DNA from: a virus
Taxonomy: Duplodnaviria; Heunggongvirae; Uroviricota; Caudoviricetes
Strand: one strand, 5' to 3'
IMG/VR virus record: IMGVR_UViG_3300034022_000267
Location: 64,001 to 117,174 of that record
DNA length: 53,174 bases
Shown here: in pieces, positions 35,901 through 44,839 of the stretch
How positions within the stretch are numbered: the first letter of the stretch is position 1
Layout of the letters: each line of letters begins with the position of its first letter
The notes under the pieces: generated by a model
The model's input: only the letters and a program-made list of their open reading frames with translations
What the model was told of the DNA's origin: nothing
Databases searched by the model: none
Position numbers and translations under genes: made by a program

Positions 35901-38884
35901 TCGCTACTTGATATAGTTCTTCTAGATATATCTGTAACAATACTTGTTCCTCCAGAAATCATATTAGGAGAATCACTTGGGAAAAGTAATGGTGGTATAA
36001 CTACTCCTTCTCTCTCTTCTACTGTTTTTATAAAGACAGAAGATTCTCTTTGGTAGTTATTTATATTAAACTCTTCTCCTATAGATTGTACTCCTGGAAT
36101 TAAATATTGTGTTAAATCAATTTGTCTTTGTTTAATTCCTAAGTTGTTATCTATAGATTTCCAATAATCATAATTCATAATTGAATTATAAGAATAAGCA
36201 TAATTCTTTCTTGTTATACCATTTACATAAATAGTTAAATAAGCTTGATATGCTGTCCACATTGCAGTGGCATTAAAAGAATCAGTAATATCTCCAATTC
36301 TTTTTGAACTATCAAGAGCTTCAACTTGCGCTTCTTCAGATAATAGTTTATATTTAGCATTATTCCTTACTGCAACAAAATGTGCTTGTCCTTTTCCAAA
36401 AATAACATTTTCTAATTTTAATACATTACCTAAGAATGGTTGTCCAAATGCTGTTTCAGGAGAATTAAATACTTGTCTATATCTAGAACTATCTGTTGTA
36501 AATGCAGATAATTGTTCTGGTTGTAATGGGTTTAATGTTGATCTTCTACTTACAGTGGGAACAAACACTTGATCATAGTCAATATATCCTGTAACTTCAT
36601 TTAAATTTTGTATAGTAGGAAGTGTAAAAGTAACTTCAGCACCACAAGATGGAGGAAGTCCTCCATCAGGACATATAATTTGAACATCGTTGTCTACTGT
36701 TACAGATGCGTATAAATCTTCAGCAGGAATTAAACTTCCTAAAAACAAAGCAGTAGGATCTAAAAAATTAGATTTACTTTCTGAACTATTGTTTCTAGAA
36801 AAAGGTGTATTCCATTTAATTGTAAAACCTGATGTGCTATTTTCTGCTGTAGCATAATAAACATCATAGTTTCCTGGACCAATTAAAATTCTACCTCCAG
36901 TTCTTACTGGTCTAGAAACAGAAAGAAACTCATGCGTTTCTCCTACTGCAATTCTTCTAGTAGTTTCTTTTCCTGTATTAATGTCTATGTATTTATATTT
37001 ACCTGGACCATTTAGTAGAGAATATCCATAATCAGGATTTATTACTAACCAAGGTTCGGCAGCTGTTTCATATGCATTATTATTTTTTATCAAGAAAGGA
37101 TCTTCATTAAGATCATTATATGGATAATTAGGAAAGTAAAAAGTTTGTTCTTGTTTAGTGTATTCACCAACGTTTCTTAATATTCCTTTACCAACAATAG
37201 ATTTGTTTGTTCCTCTGTTACCTCTTACAATTTTAAATCCTTCTATATTATCTTTTTGAGCTAATGTAAGATTTGAAGAAGCAATTAAACTATTTACTTG
37301 ATTAAGATCTATTTTTACACCAATAGGAAATACAGCATCGTTCTGCATCACCATACCCTCTGCTGATATAAACATTGCAGATTCAAAATGTGGAGATACT
37401 AATACATCTGGGAACTTATGATGTCTAATTGGTTGATTAGCTAAATCACCCCATATAGCCTCATTACAAGGATATACATCTTCTGATTCCCAATAAGCAA
37501 ATTCACCATATTCATGTGGTGTAGCATTTCCAATATTAATAATAGAAGGTGATGTTCCAGTAACTGAAGCTGTATTATAAATTCTCCAATATGGTGCTTC
37601 TGTTCCTTCTCCTATAAAATCAGGATTACTATTTAAAATATTTGGTAACGATTGTTCTAAAAAAGATATAGCTCTACCAGGAATATGAAAACCATCTGTT
37701 TGTTTTCCATTCTTAAGCAAGAAGACAATTTCAAATGCATACACCTCATCACGTAGGTATCCTCTAAGATTAGTAGCATTTAATTCATCTGAATAGTTTT
37801 CTGTTGCAGGAATTTTATATGTTTCCCACTGTAAGTTTATATTAGACGCTATAGATTGATAATTAACTCTATCAATAGATGTTAGTCCTTTCCACACAAG
37901 AACGTCTTGTACAGCTGTTATATCATCTGCTAATTCATAATATGGAAACTTTTCAAATATATCAGAGATACTTAAACCTATTTGTATTTGACCTGTGTAG
38001 GTTATGTTCTGTGTTAAAGAATCTATAAAATATGTTCCTATTAATTCAGGAGTGGATATATCATTTATTGTTTTAATTACAGCAAGATTGAAATATTGAA
38101 ACTGTCCTGTTTCATCTAAGTTGCTAACATTAACAACAATAGATTTACCCACTGCATAATTAAAATTAACAGTGGTTATCCGTGGATCAGCAATAGGTGT
38201 AGGATTTGTAATTGAATAATAAGCTGTGTAAGGATTCCCTACTGAATCAGCATATTGTATAGCAAACTGATATACACCAGCAATTAAGTTTCCACCTGTC
38301 ACTACATCAACAATAGCTAATTGTGGGATGTTAAAATTAGGTTGCAATTTTAATTGATTACAATCTAGTTCATTTGAATACAATGGATCACATCCTGAAT
38401 AATTTGAAACAATAGTTCTAGGAATACTTTCAATATCTAAATATCTTCTTCCATTATTATCTGGCCAAAATATCTCTGTTGAGCAGTTAGATATTTTATG
38501 TACCACTTTATGTATTGGATAGTTTACATCAAAGTTTAAACAATTAGCATTTACTAATGTTTGATATACACAATCATTATTATCCATAAATCCTATTTCA
38601 CTTTCTTCAGTTACAGGATTCTTTAAAAAGAATATATGTTTATTTTTTTCTTGTATGAAATGTGTACCTAAAAGAACAAAGTTATTTGGGAATGTAACAC
38701 ATAATTCATTACCAGGTTCGTTTTGATAATTAACAGAATTAGAATCAAAATTTTCCACAGCAGCATTCAGGGCATAAGTTAACATCCCTGGTTTAATTTG
38801 ATTAGCTGTTTGATCTAGATTTAATCCAACAGTAGCATTGTTATACTCTTGTTTAATATTCCCTTGTTGTTGTTCTTCTGCCAT
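32996..38884 (-). CDS. Muzzle / tail stabilisation protein (P22 gp10-like beta-propeller) with Thr/Cys-rich C-terminal extension
   Basis: 1962 aa directly after a ring gene and before the cargo genes. Conserved-looking segments: YTYALNA..NEPGNELC, YLRDEVYAFEIVF, PIRHHKFPD, FGGDTFISRF, SWTISF..WVSFHSYLP. About 440 aa of Thr/Cys-rich sequence follows. Confidence 0.75.
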   Translation of the reverse strand: MAEEQQQGNIKQEYNNATVGLNLDQTANQIKPGMLTYALNAAVENFDSNSVNYQNEPGNELCVTFPNNFVLLGTHFIQEKNKHIFFLKNPVTEESEIGFMDNNDCVYQTLVNANCLNFDVNYPIHKVVHKISNCSTEIFWPDNNGRRYLDIESIPRTIVSNYSGCDPLYSNELDCNQLKLQPNFNIPQLAIVDVVTGGNLIAGVYQFAIQYADSVGNPYTAYYSITNPTPIADPRITTVNFNYAVGKSIVVNVSNLDETGQFQYFNLAVIKTINDISTPELIGTYFIDSLTQNITYTGQIQIGLSISDIFEKFPYYELADDITAVQDVLVWKGLTSIDRVNYQSIASNINLQWETYKIPATENYSDELNATNLRGYLRDEVYAFEIVFLLKNGKQTDGFHIPGRAISFLEQSLPNILNSNPDFIGEGTEAPYWRIYNTASVTGTSPSIINIGNATPHEYGEFAYWESEDVYPCNEAIWGDLANQPIRHHKFPDVLVSPHFESAMFISAEGMVMQNDAVFPIGVKIDLNQVNSLIASSNLTLAQKDNIEGFKIVRGNRGTNKSIVGKGILRNVGEYTKQEQTFYFPNYPYNDLNEDPFLIKNNNAYETAAEPWLVINPDYGYSLLNGPGKYKYIDINTGKETTRRIAVGETHEFLSVSRPVRTGGRILIGPGNYDVYYATAENSTSGFTIKWNTPFSRNNSSESKSNFLDPTALFLGSLIPAEDLYASVTVDNDVQIICPDGGLPPSCGAEVTFTLPTIQNLNEVTGYIDYDQVFVPTVSRRSTLNPLQPEQLSAFTTDSSRYRQVFNSPETAFGQPFLGNVLKLENVIFGKGQAHFVAVRNNAKYKLLSEEAQVEALDSSKRIGDITDSFNATAMWTAYQAYLTIYVNGITRKNYAYSYNSIMNYDYWKSIDNNLGIKQRQIDLTQYLIPGVQSIGEEFNINNYQRESSVFIKTVEEREGVVIPPLLFPSDSPNMISGGTSIVTDISRRTISSSDSCATPLRDQNISSVCYYASMKNNFVNQWGQIYSYETIDTGFQKDITPITGSSSATIFGGDTFISRFAFKTKLPFFFDNRVGAPDDSDIFYDEIGNIAYPKYWHSARSILKNYTLKGKVISNIISYKAHNFDCPNSQDFIENPLIDPGTTTTTTTVLTSQVLTSTSRTFYDGYFYLFAYGIPNFYCETSYNLDLRQAFNNKEGDFWPHVSTGIPDDWVQESYVSIANDNTYTYNVTFSKQNKENTFTHIPNDWDKACYTNYPFRAIYSDAQQTDADNRVNNWLVYRALSYFDFPQNYGNLTSLDGIQNRAILARFENKSLMYNNLLTIDTSNPQAAYVGNPNMFSAPPIDFAETDLGYVGSQNKFLLKIPQGQISIDAKRGQVFLISGTEAVDLSAFGSGMNRFFTDHLAFEILRYYPTADTDNHFNGLGLHGVYDSKFDRIILTKLDYIPIDKDIKYDAALNEFYIETITNGSVFKTQVYLTDLEYFCNKSWTISFNFNTKTWVSFHSYLPNFYVGENNFFYSGINGCCSDVDGDFTALVGDMNRIIPTTTSTTTSPKLTTTTTTEKPKDCNLAGVVIATSCELEGDAIITVPSVPTTTICTRPIGLNSFSFISGYTVDVNPPVVSTGSLEDACNALSITKLNNPNVALSGFSLNANSLEINSILYYDANSTDCTFVSDGWYYTFEGQVYGFAYRVLNAIIIEIGDCDCGTTTSTTTLIPSISECCGIIFSDTNNIYYYDSFLTMLQLNVPGYTTSYGIALTQNYLWSVTATEFNQWDITLSPFTATYNTAIPFPGTFTTSSGIVAISDSLIIAVDNSVSPLNIVELEIDNPISPMLMISTVQFALQVDRIAFGNMLYTNDGKLIVINQDTVSNDYYLTQYTYPTGTIELDLNIGTVAPLSIFECDCTVYIAQADGVVYGVEKTSPYLLIATTSLELTGVTSAAQIINCVGASLTESIITTTTTTTV

Positions 38885-38889
38885 AACTA

Positions 38890-39858
38890 TTAATTATTAC
38901 GTCTTCTACCAGCTCTATTAGTTCTGTTTGGAAGTTCGTACATATTAAATCTATTTAGATCATTTTTAATTCTTCTCTGCTTAGCATATGCATCTTGTTT
39001 CTTAATTTCTATAGATGCCATGATAAATGATTCTTCATAAGCTTGCTTATGATAAATTAACTTTTGCTGTAACTGATTAAATGTTTCATCATTAGTTTGA
39101 TTAGTAAGCATTTCAAACACTTTAAACTTAATGAATGCTTCTACATACTCTCTTATACGATAGTTATCTGGAATCATTTGATTACCGATAGTATCATACT
39201 CTGTAGCATAAAATATTAATTGAACTGTTCCATTTCTAAAATTAGTAACAAACTTGTTATCTCTAATGTCAAATGAATCTAATCCTGAAGAACCAGGAGT
39301 AAAGTTTTGTCTTGGTACATTTTGACCATATGTTTCTAAATCACTTGAATAATTTAAACTACAATTCTGTCTTGCAGAAATGTTTCCTGGTTTAAGTAAA
39401 TAAGATTGTTTATAAGAACGTGTTTGTTGTGTATTTGTTTTATATACAGCTTGTATTAGTTCAGGCATACACTCAGGACATCCTGTTGTACATTCTAAAT
39501 TTGTACAAGCCACTCCTCCATAAGTTACTGGAGCTACTTGTATAGTAGTTGAACTAGCTGCTTGTGAATAAAATGAATTAGCTGATTGATATGGTAGCTG
39601 AGGAATTTCTGTACACATCCAAGCTTCTCTAACAGCATAAAAATTATCAGGAAGTCTAGCTTGAAAGTCTTCAATAAACAAAACTGTTTCACTAATAACA
39701 TATGTTGTTCTTCCTAACTTCTGAAGAGCTTTGTCTAAATATGTTGGAAATAATAAATCATCCACTGCTCCTGTATCAAAATAGCTCTTAAGCTCTTCTT
39801 TAACTGTAGAATAAACTGGTTCAGGGGATATAAAATTGTATTTATAATAGTAGCTCAT
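38890..39858 (-). CDS. Tail ring (tubular, P22 gp4-like) protein
   Basis: 322 aa just upstream of the muzzle gene. Ends with ring-like motifs (LIFYATEYD..MIPDN..EYVEAFIKFK). Confidence 0.6.
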   Translation of the reverse strand: MSYYYKYNFISPEPVYSTVKEELKSYFDTGAVDDLLFPTYLDKALQKLGRTTYVISETVLFIEDFQARLPDNFYAVREAWMCTEIPQLPYQSANSFYSQAASSTTIQVAPVTYGGVACTNLECTTGCPECMPELIQAVYKTNTQQTRSYKQSYLLKPGNISARQNCSLNYSSDLETYGQNVPRQNFTPGSSGLDSFDIRDNKFVTNFRNGTVQLIFYATEYDTIGNQMIPDNYRIREYVEAFIKFKVFEMLTNQTNDETFNQLQQKLIYHKQAYEESFIMASIEIKKQDAYAKQRRIKNDLNRFNMYELPNRTNRAGRRRNN

Positions 39859-39861
39859 AAT

Positions 39862-40344
39862 TTATGATTTCCATTGATTGTAAATGTGTTGATACTTATC
39901 ATTGGTTTTTAAGTAGTGTGACAATAGTCTTGATGTAAGTCTAGAAGGTTTGAAATACCAAAGATCAGAGTTTTTAAATCTTGCTGATTGTTTAAACCAC
40001 ATCCATCCAAAAAAGAAACCTTCTGTATGATAGTTGAAATTGTATATCACCTTTCCTTTTTCTTTGGTCTTTTGCCAATCTATAGGAAGATTAACAAACT
40101 CTTTACCATCAATATTATTCTTTAGTTTTCTTCTTTTCTTTTTATTAATTGAAAATTCTCCAAATCCAAAAGGAAGTCTTGCTTTTTCTCCAGTCTCTAA
40201 AATATATTCTTTAAATGCTTCATTGTAGGTGTATAATATATTCCTCCATTCATCGTAAGTAAGTGTAATAGCTGGATGTTTTTTACAGAAATTATTATAA
40301 CTGTCTTTACTAGAAGATCTCCAATCAATTTTTGTTCTTGACAT
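39862..40344 (-). CDS. IHF/HU-like DNA-binding protein (crAss-like)
   Basis: Helix-helix followed by ILETGEKARLPFGFGEFSI, matching the HU/IHF G..V.L.GFG.F motif. It sits between two ring genes, as in crAss-like phages. Confidence 0.7.
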   Translation of the reverse strand: MSRTKIDWRSSSKDSYNNFCKKHPAITLTYDEWRNILYTYNEAFKEYILETGEKARLPFGFGEFSINKKKRRKLKNNIDGKEFVNLPIDWQKTKEKGKVIYNFNYHTEGFFFGWMWFKQSARFKNSDLWYFKPSRLTSRLLSHYLKTNDKYQHIYNQWKS

Positions 40345-41069
40345 TAATTAGTTGGTTTTGAGTTTGGAGCTTGTCCATCTATTCCTTCTTGACTAATGTC
40401 TGTTTTAATTTGGAAATATGTAGATAATAATTTTCTTGATGTTAATTCTAACACTTGTTGTTCTAAGTATCCAGGAAGAGGAAATTCTTTGTCTAAAGGA
40501 TTTTTACATATATCTTCAAGTGCATATTCACCTCCACATCCACATTCAGGATACATGATATTATTGTCTACATCTTCTTCAAAGAAAGCTACAAATCTAA
40601 TTGCTTGTAGCAAAGGGTTAGTAACATATAGATATCCGTTAGATATCCAAAAATAAGTTTCATTTTTAATTACAGGAAGTTTAAGTAAGTTTATATATCT
40701 ATTTACAGATATTTCTTTTAACTTCTTTCCTTTACCACTCATTGCATTAATGGAATAAACTCCTTGAATAACATATTGGTAATTACCTTCTGATATACGT
40801 GGAAGTTTAAACTTAGTTCTTGCAATACTACATTCATCAACATAATTACAACATTCAGAAATAGGAACTTCACACATCTCAAGACATGGTATAGTAGTGA
40901 ACAATGTATCAGTTGCCCAAAGCTTTCTAAGATTGGTTTCACGTTTAATAAGCAATAAAGAATTATTTCTTATTTCGCTAGCTATTGCTCTATCTGTTAT
41001 TAATGAATCTGTAGAAAGTATCTTGTGAACACTTCTAACATCTGATACTAATTTTCTTAATGTTGCCAT
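40344..41069 (-). CDS. Tail ring (tubular) protein
   Basis: 241 aa. N-terminal helices (MATLRKLVSDVRS..ITDRAIASEI), YFWISNGYLYV, and C-terminal EFPLPGYLEQQVLELT, in the expected position. Confidence 0.6.
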   Translation of the reverse strand: MATLRKLVSDVRSVHKILSTDSLITDRAIASEIRNNSLLLIKRETNLRKLWATDTLFTTIPCLEMCEVPISECCNYVDECSIARTKFKLPRISEGNYQYVIQGVYSINAMSGKGKKLKEISVNRYINLLKLPVIKNETYFWISNGYLYVTNPLLQAIRFVAFFEEDVDNNIMYPECGCGGEYALEDICKNPLDKEFPLPGYLEQQVLELTSRKLLSTYFQIKTDISQEGIDGQAPNSKPTN

Positions 41070-41072
41070 AAT

Positions 41073-41711
41073 TTATATTCTTTCTTTAAACCATTTGAAT
41101 TTATAAGCAGTTGGTTTTTTATTATTAACACATGAAGATATATGTGATATATCAAATTTTAACTCTCTCTTAATATCTGACATACTATCCCAAACTTTAA
41201 TAAATGTATTATCTAAACTATATTGATAAACTTTAAATGCTCTATGATGATCTTTTCCAAATTTACCTCTAGTAGAATGATTCTTTTCTAAATTTTTAAT
41301 ACATTGTTCTTTTCTAATACCTATCATTCTTTTTTTAGCAGAAATAGATTGTTTAAGTTTTGTCTCTTTAGAAAGTATTACTCCATCTCTTCCTTCTCCT
41401 CCATTTGTAAAATTACACAAAGTTCCTAAATTTAAATCTTTTCTACCGTATAATTTTATAAATTCTTTTTCTTTCTCTATTATAAAACTTCTATTATCAC
41501 TTTCAAATAAAATTTCTACATCATAGTTTGTAAAATTTATTATGTTTAACCAGTGATTATTTCTATTCTTAGTAGTATAAGCTCTTCTATATTTTTCAGA
41601 ATCTTTACTATAAGATTTAGTATTTTTATTAATTTTTCCTATACCAATATAAAAAATCTCATTCTTATCTAATCTAATATGTCTATATAAGTAATACATT
41701 ATATACGACAT
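41073..41711 (-). CDS. GIY-YIG homing endonuclease with NUMOD-type DNA-binding domains
   Basis: YYLYRH..FYIGIG..R..E..E..FI..YG..L.N catalytic domain, LSKETKLKQS, and a C-terminal KVYQYSLD..FIKVWDS..ISSCVN..TAYKFKW (NUMOD1-like). Low GC. Confidence 0.85.
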   Translation of the reverse strand: MSYIMYYLYRHIRLDKNEIFYIGIGKINKNTKSYSKDSEKYRRAYTTKNRNNHWLNIINFTNYDVEILFESDNRSFIIEKEKEFIKLYGRKDLNLGTLCNFTNGGEGRDGVILSKETKLKQSISAKKRMIGIRKEQCIKNLEKNHSTRGKFGKDHHRAFKVYQYSLDNTFIKVWDSMSDIKRELKFDISHISSCVNNKKPTAYKFKWFKERI

Positions 41712-42922
41712 TCGAACTCTGCAATCTTGCCTAATATAGGATCATATACAAGAGCTAATGCTGCACGTACTGAGTGTACAAAGTTATTATCTAGGTGCCA
41801 TCTATCTGTTCCAGATAAGCTAGGCATTTGTTGTATTCTTACACCTTTGACTTCTTTAGCCATATAATGGTGTTTATCTCCTGTGTGTATCTCTCTGTAT
41901 TTAGCATTACCAAAGAAATAACTATATTCAGGATGTGTAGCAAACAATAAAGGAAGATCATCTAATTTACAATTACCATGGTGCCATCCAATAAATGTAT
42001 TACCGAGCACCTTTGCTTTAATAACTGAATGTTCTCTTATAAAATCTACATCAGCATCTTTACTAAAATACACATCTAATGCGTGTGCTAGATAGAAAGA
42101 TTTAGTTCTATCATGGTTACCCTGTACAAGAACAACTGTAACATCATTACAATGTTGTCTTAACATATTGATTGTATCTACAAGAACAGCAAATCCTAAT
42201 TCATACTCTTCTGCATAATCCATTATAGTGTCTTGTGGTGTACCTTGTGTAGTTTGGTTTTGATAGTTATCTGTATGAAAGAAATCATTTGATATAGGAA
42301 GTACAACAGTGTTTATATTGTAATTAGCTTCCACTTTATTAATCAAAGACTGAGCCACATTAAAATATCTTAAAGCTCGTGCCCCAGGACTATTGTCACC
42401 ATCTACACATTTTTTAGCTAAATGAAAATCAGCTATAGATATTTCTACATCCACGTGATCTTTTACTAGACTAGGATCTGCTTTAATGATTGATATATTG
42501 GTTGGTGTGTAGTTTTCTAAAAACTTAGCAAAGTCTTCAGGAGAATAGTCTTTAGGTTGTTTTCTCTTTGAGAAGATGGAAGAAGTAAACTTTCCATTGG
42601 GTAACATCTTAGACCAGTAGTTGGTAATGATGTATTTATCTAGATTTATCTTGTGTAGTTTGGCTAGTGCTATATCATCTTTAGGTTCAAAGTTACTAGT
42701 GACAGTACTTTCTATTGTACCTTTTTCAACATTTACCTTTCTAGTTTCTTCTGTATAATTCTTATTTACATTTGCTGGATCATCGTCTTTCTCTCTGAGT
42801 TCTTTAAGAAGCTCATTCACTTCGTATTCACTTATTCCTAACTTATCTGCGTAGAACTTTTTACTCTTCTTCTGGGTTAACAATTCTTCTAATCTGTACA
42901 ACAAGCTTTGATTTTCAGACAT
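41699..42922 (-). CDS. Calcineurin-like metallophosphoesterase with N-terminal HTH-like segment
   Basis: All five motifs are present in order: IADFH, SNDFFH, QGNHD, WHHG, HTGDKHH. The N-terminus YADKLGISEYEVNELLKEL looks like an HTH. Confidence 0.85.
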   Translation of the reverse strand: MSENQSLLYRLEELLTQKKSKKFYADKLGISEYEVNELLKELREKDDDPANVNKNYTEETRKVNVEKGTIESTVTSNFEPKDDIALAKLHKINLDKYIITNYWSKMLPNGKFTSSIFSKRKQPKDYSPEDFAKFLENYTPTNISIIKADPSLVKDHVDVEISIADFHLAKKCVDGDNSPGARALRYFNVAQSLINKVEANYNINTVVLPISNDFFHTDNYQNQTTQGTPQDTIMDYAEEYELGFAVLVDTINMLRQHCNDVTVVLVQGNHDRTKSFYLAHALDVYFSKDADVDFIREHSVIKAKVLGNTFIGWHHGNCKLDDLPLLFATHPEYSYFFGNAKYREIHTGDKHHYMAKEVKGVRIQQMPSLSGTDRWHLDNNFVHSVRAALALVYDPILGKIAEFECRI

Positions 42923-42950
42923 ATTTGTTTATGTTAGTTAAAAAATATCG

Positions 42951-42983
42951 TAAAGATAAAGAATAGTTTTTATATATTCCAAA
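42951..42983 (-). promoter_or_regulatory. Putative Bacteroidota primary-sigma promoter
   Basis: TTTG (42980-42983), N21, TATCTTTA (42951-42958; one mismatch to TAnnTTTG), 29 nt before the ATG at 42922. Confidence 0.6.
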
Positions 42984-43027
42984 TAATTTTAGTTAGAGCT
43001 GTAACTATTTATAATCAAATTAGTTAT

Positions 43028-43061
43028 AAAACAAAAACTCCCCAAGAATAAACTTGAGGAG
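43028..43061 (-). terminator. Rho-independent terminator
   Basis: Minus-strand stem CTCCTCAAG / CTTGGGGAG with a 6-nt loop, followed by TTTTTGTTTT, downstream of the fibre block. A second AT-rich hairpin lies at 43062-43091. Confidence 0.75.
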
Positions 43062-43100
43062 AAACTTAGTAAAACCAATAAAACTAAGTTTTTTATAATG

Positions 43101-43382
43101 TTAAATAGTAGTAGTAGTGGTAGTTGTTGGTGCCACTGTTGTGGTTGTAGTGGTTGTTGGTGATACTACAGGTATATCAATAAAATTAGTACAAGACAAT
43201 CCTAATGATAAAACTCTAATAGTTGTTGTAAAATCAGGAACTAATGCTGAAGCATATCCAGCAATTAAAGTGGCTCTACTAATGTTTGTTTCAAAAGCAG
43301 AAGTAAATCCATCTATATCTGAATATAAGTTAAAGGGCCCTGCTGAAGTTCCTGCTGTAGTTAATGTTATGTATACTGTCAT
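43101..43382 (-). CDS. Small beta-module protein with poly-Thr tail
   Basis: Likely start MTVYITLTTAGTSAGPF at 43382. The ATG at 43436 overlaps the upstream gene in another frame. It is homologous to the N-terminus of ORF 32127-32993. Confidence 0.75.
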   Translation of the reverse strand: MTVYITLTTAGTSAGPFNLYSDIDGFTSAFETNISRATLIAGYASALVPDFTTTIRVLSLGLSCTNFIDIPVVSPTTTTTTTVAPTTTTTTTI

Positions 43383-43393
43383 ATTATATTGGT

Positions 43394-43942
43394 TTAAAGT
43401 GGAAGAGTTGTGGTTGTAGTGGTTGTAGTAGGACAAATTCCTCTATCTGATTTAATAAATACACCAAACCTTTGTAATGTAGAAGGTATTATACAAGGTG
43501 TATCTATAGATTGTGAAATATTTAATACTCCTCCAACAAAAACTGGATCTTTTCCAGAATTACATAAAGCTGCAACCCATATTCCAGGACTTGCTTCTCC
43601 CTGTAAATTATAATAATGACATTCTTCTACCACTGTAGTAGTAGTTGTAGTTGTTTCACATCCCCATACAGTTTCACAATCTACAGTGTTATTTACAATT
43701 GTTGTAAATTGATTATATAAACTTATATTGTTAGTAATGTTATTAATAATTGTTTCAACCATTCCTGGACCACATATAAAGCCATCTATAGATTCAAACA
43801 CACTAGTTAATGTGTCACAGTTTGCCACTCCTATACAATCTAAAGCAGGTCCTTGGTATACGACATCATCTGTTGATGTTTTACATCCACATGGATTGTT
43901 TTCACATCCACAATTTGTATTAATATTATTTGTACAAGACAT
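43394..43942 (-). CDS. Cys-rich, Thr-linked fibre/decoration protein
   Basis: N-terminal CGC..CGC, a shared DVVYQG..CIG..DTL domain, poly-Thr linkers and one 4-Cys module. Confidence 0.7.
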   Translation of the reverse strand: MSCTNNINTNCGCENNPCGCKTSTDDVVYQGPALDCIGVANCDTLTSVFESIDGFICGPGMVETIINNITNNISLYNQFTTIVNNTVDCETVWGCETTTTTTTVVEECHYYNLQGEASPGIWVAALCNSGKDPVFVGGVLNISQSIDTPCIIPSTLQRFGVFIKSDRGICPTTTTTTTTLPL

Positions 43943-43965
43943 TTTTATTTATTTTTAAATTATTA

Positions 43966-44838
43966 TTAACAAGTACCTTCAAAAGATACTTCACCTTTAT
44001 ATAAAGGGGCAGTTGTAGTAGGCGTACCATTAGCACATACTATCTGAGTTGTATTTCCTGGAACTATTATAGGAATATCAGGTCTTCCTAAACAAGCATT
44101 GTAGAAAAATAGTATTGAGTCTTCAGTCTTAGCTTCTAAACCATAAGAAGCACAACCAACAAATTCTGTAGTGGAAGATGTTGTTGTTGTGGTTGGTGCT
44201 GCTGTAGTAGTGGTGGTAGTTGTACACTCTGTTTCATTTACTATAACAGCTTGTGTCAATACTAATGTATTATTAATTATACAAGGTGTAACAACTGTAT
44301 TTCCAGCTAATGGTATAATTCCTCCTGTTCTAGCAAATGCACACGTAGTAGCAATCCAACTTGCATTGTTTACCAATGCTTGAAGTGTATAAGTTACACA
44401 CGCATCTGCCACAGTGGTAGTAGTGGTTGTTGTAGAACTACTACTTGATGTTGTTGTAGTGGTTGAACTACTACTTGTTGTAGTTGTGGTGGTTGGTTCT
44501 ACCGTAGTGGTAGTGGTAGTCGTAGTTGGTACTGGCCCACATGCATCTATAGTCTCACAACTTATCACTCCATTAACAAGTTCTATAAACTCAGGATATT
44601 CTTCTGGGTTATCTTGTATAAGATCTAATATATATTGAGTTAGTTCTATACTACATAAAAAATAACTTAATTGTTGTAAAATTTCAGAAGCTGTCATTCC
44701 TGGAGTAATACCAGAACATTCTCCAGCAATACCCTCATAAATTAAATCACTAGCTGTAAGTCCAGAGTGATTACAACTTGTTCCAGGATTATTTGGAGTT
44801 TCTGTACAATTACATTTTTTTGGTAGGAATGGCCACAT
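43966..44838 (-). CDS. Cys-rich, Thr/Ser-linked fibre/decoration protein
   Basis: Shared DLIYEG..CSGI..G.T domain, long T/S linkers and two 4-Cys modules. Confidence 0.7.
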   Translation of the reverse strand: MWPFLPKKCNCTETPNNPGTSCNHSGLTASDLIYEGIAGECSGITPGMTASEILQQLSYFLCSIELTQYILDLIQDNPEEYPEFIELVNGVISCETIDACGPVPTTTTTTTTVEPTTTTTTSSSSTTTTTSSSSSTTTTTTTVADACVTYTLQALVNNASWIATTCAFARTGGIIPLAGNTVVTPCIINNTLVLTQAVIVNETECTTTTTTTAAPTTTTTSSTTEFVGCASYGLEAKTEDSILFFYNACLGRPDIPIIVPGNTTQIVCANGTPTTTAPLYKGEVSFEGTC

Positions 44839-44839
44839 A

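Noticed and set aside
29059-40942. Short alternative-frame minus-strand ORFs (29059-29241, 29377-29574, 40739-40942)
   Set aside because: They are nested inside longer genes in another frame, with no supporting features.
31549-41711. Group I introns hosting the HNH or GIY-YIG genes
   Set aside because: Both endonuclease genes abut or overlap intact flanking genes, leaving no room for intron core structure. They appear free-standing.
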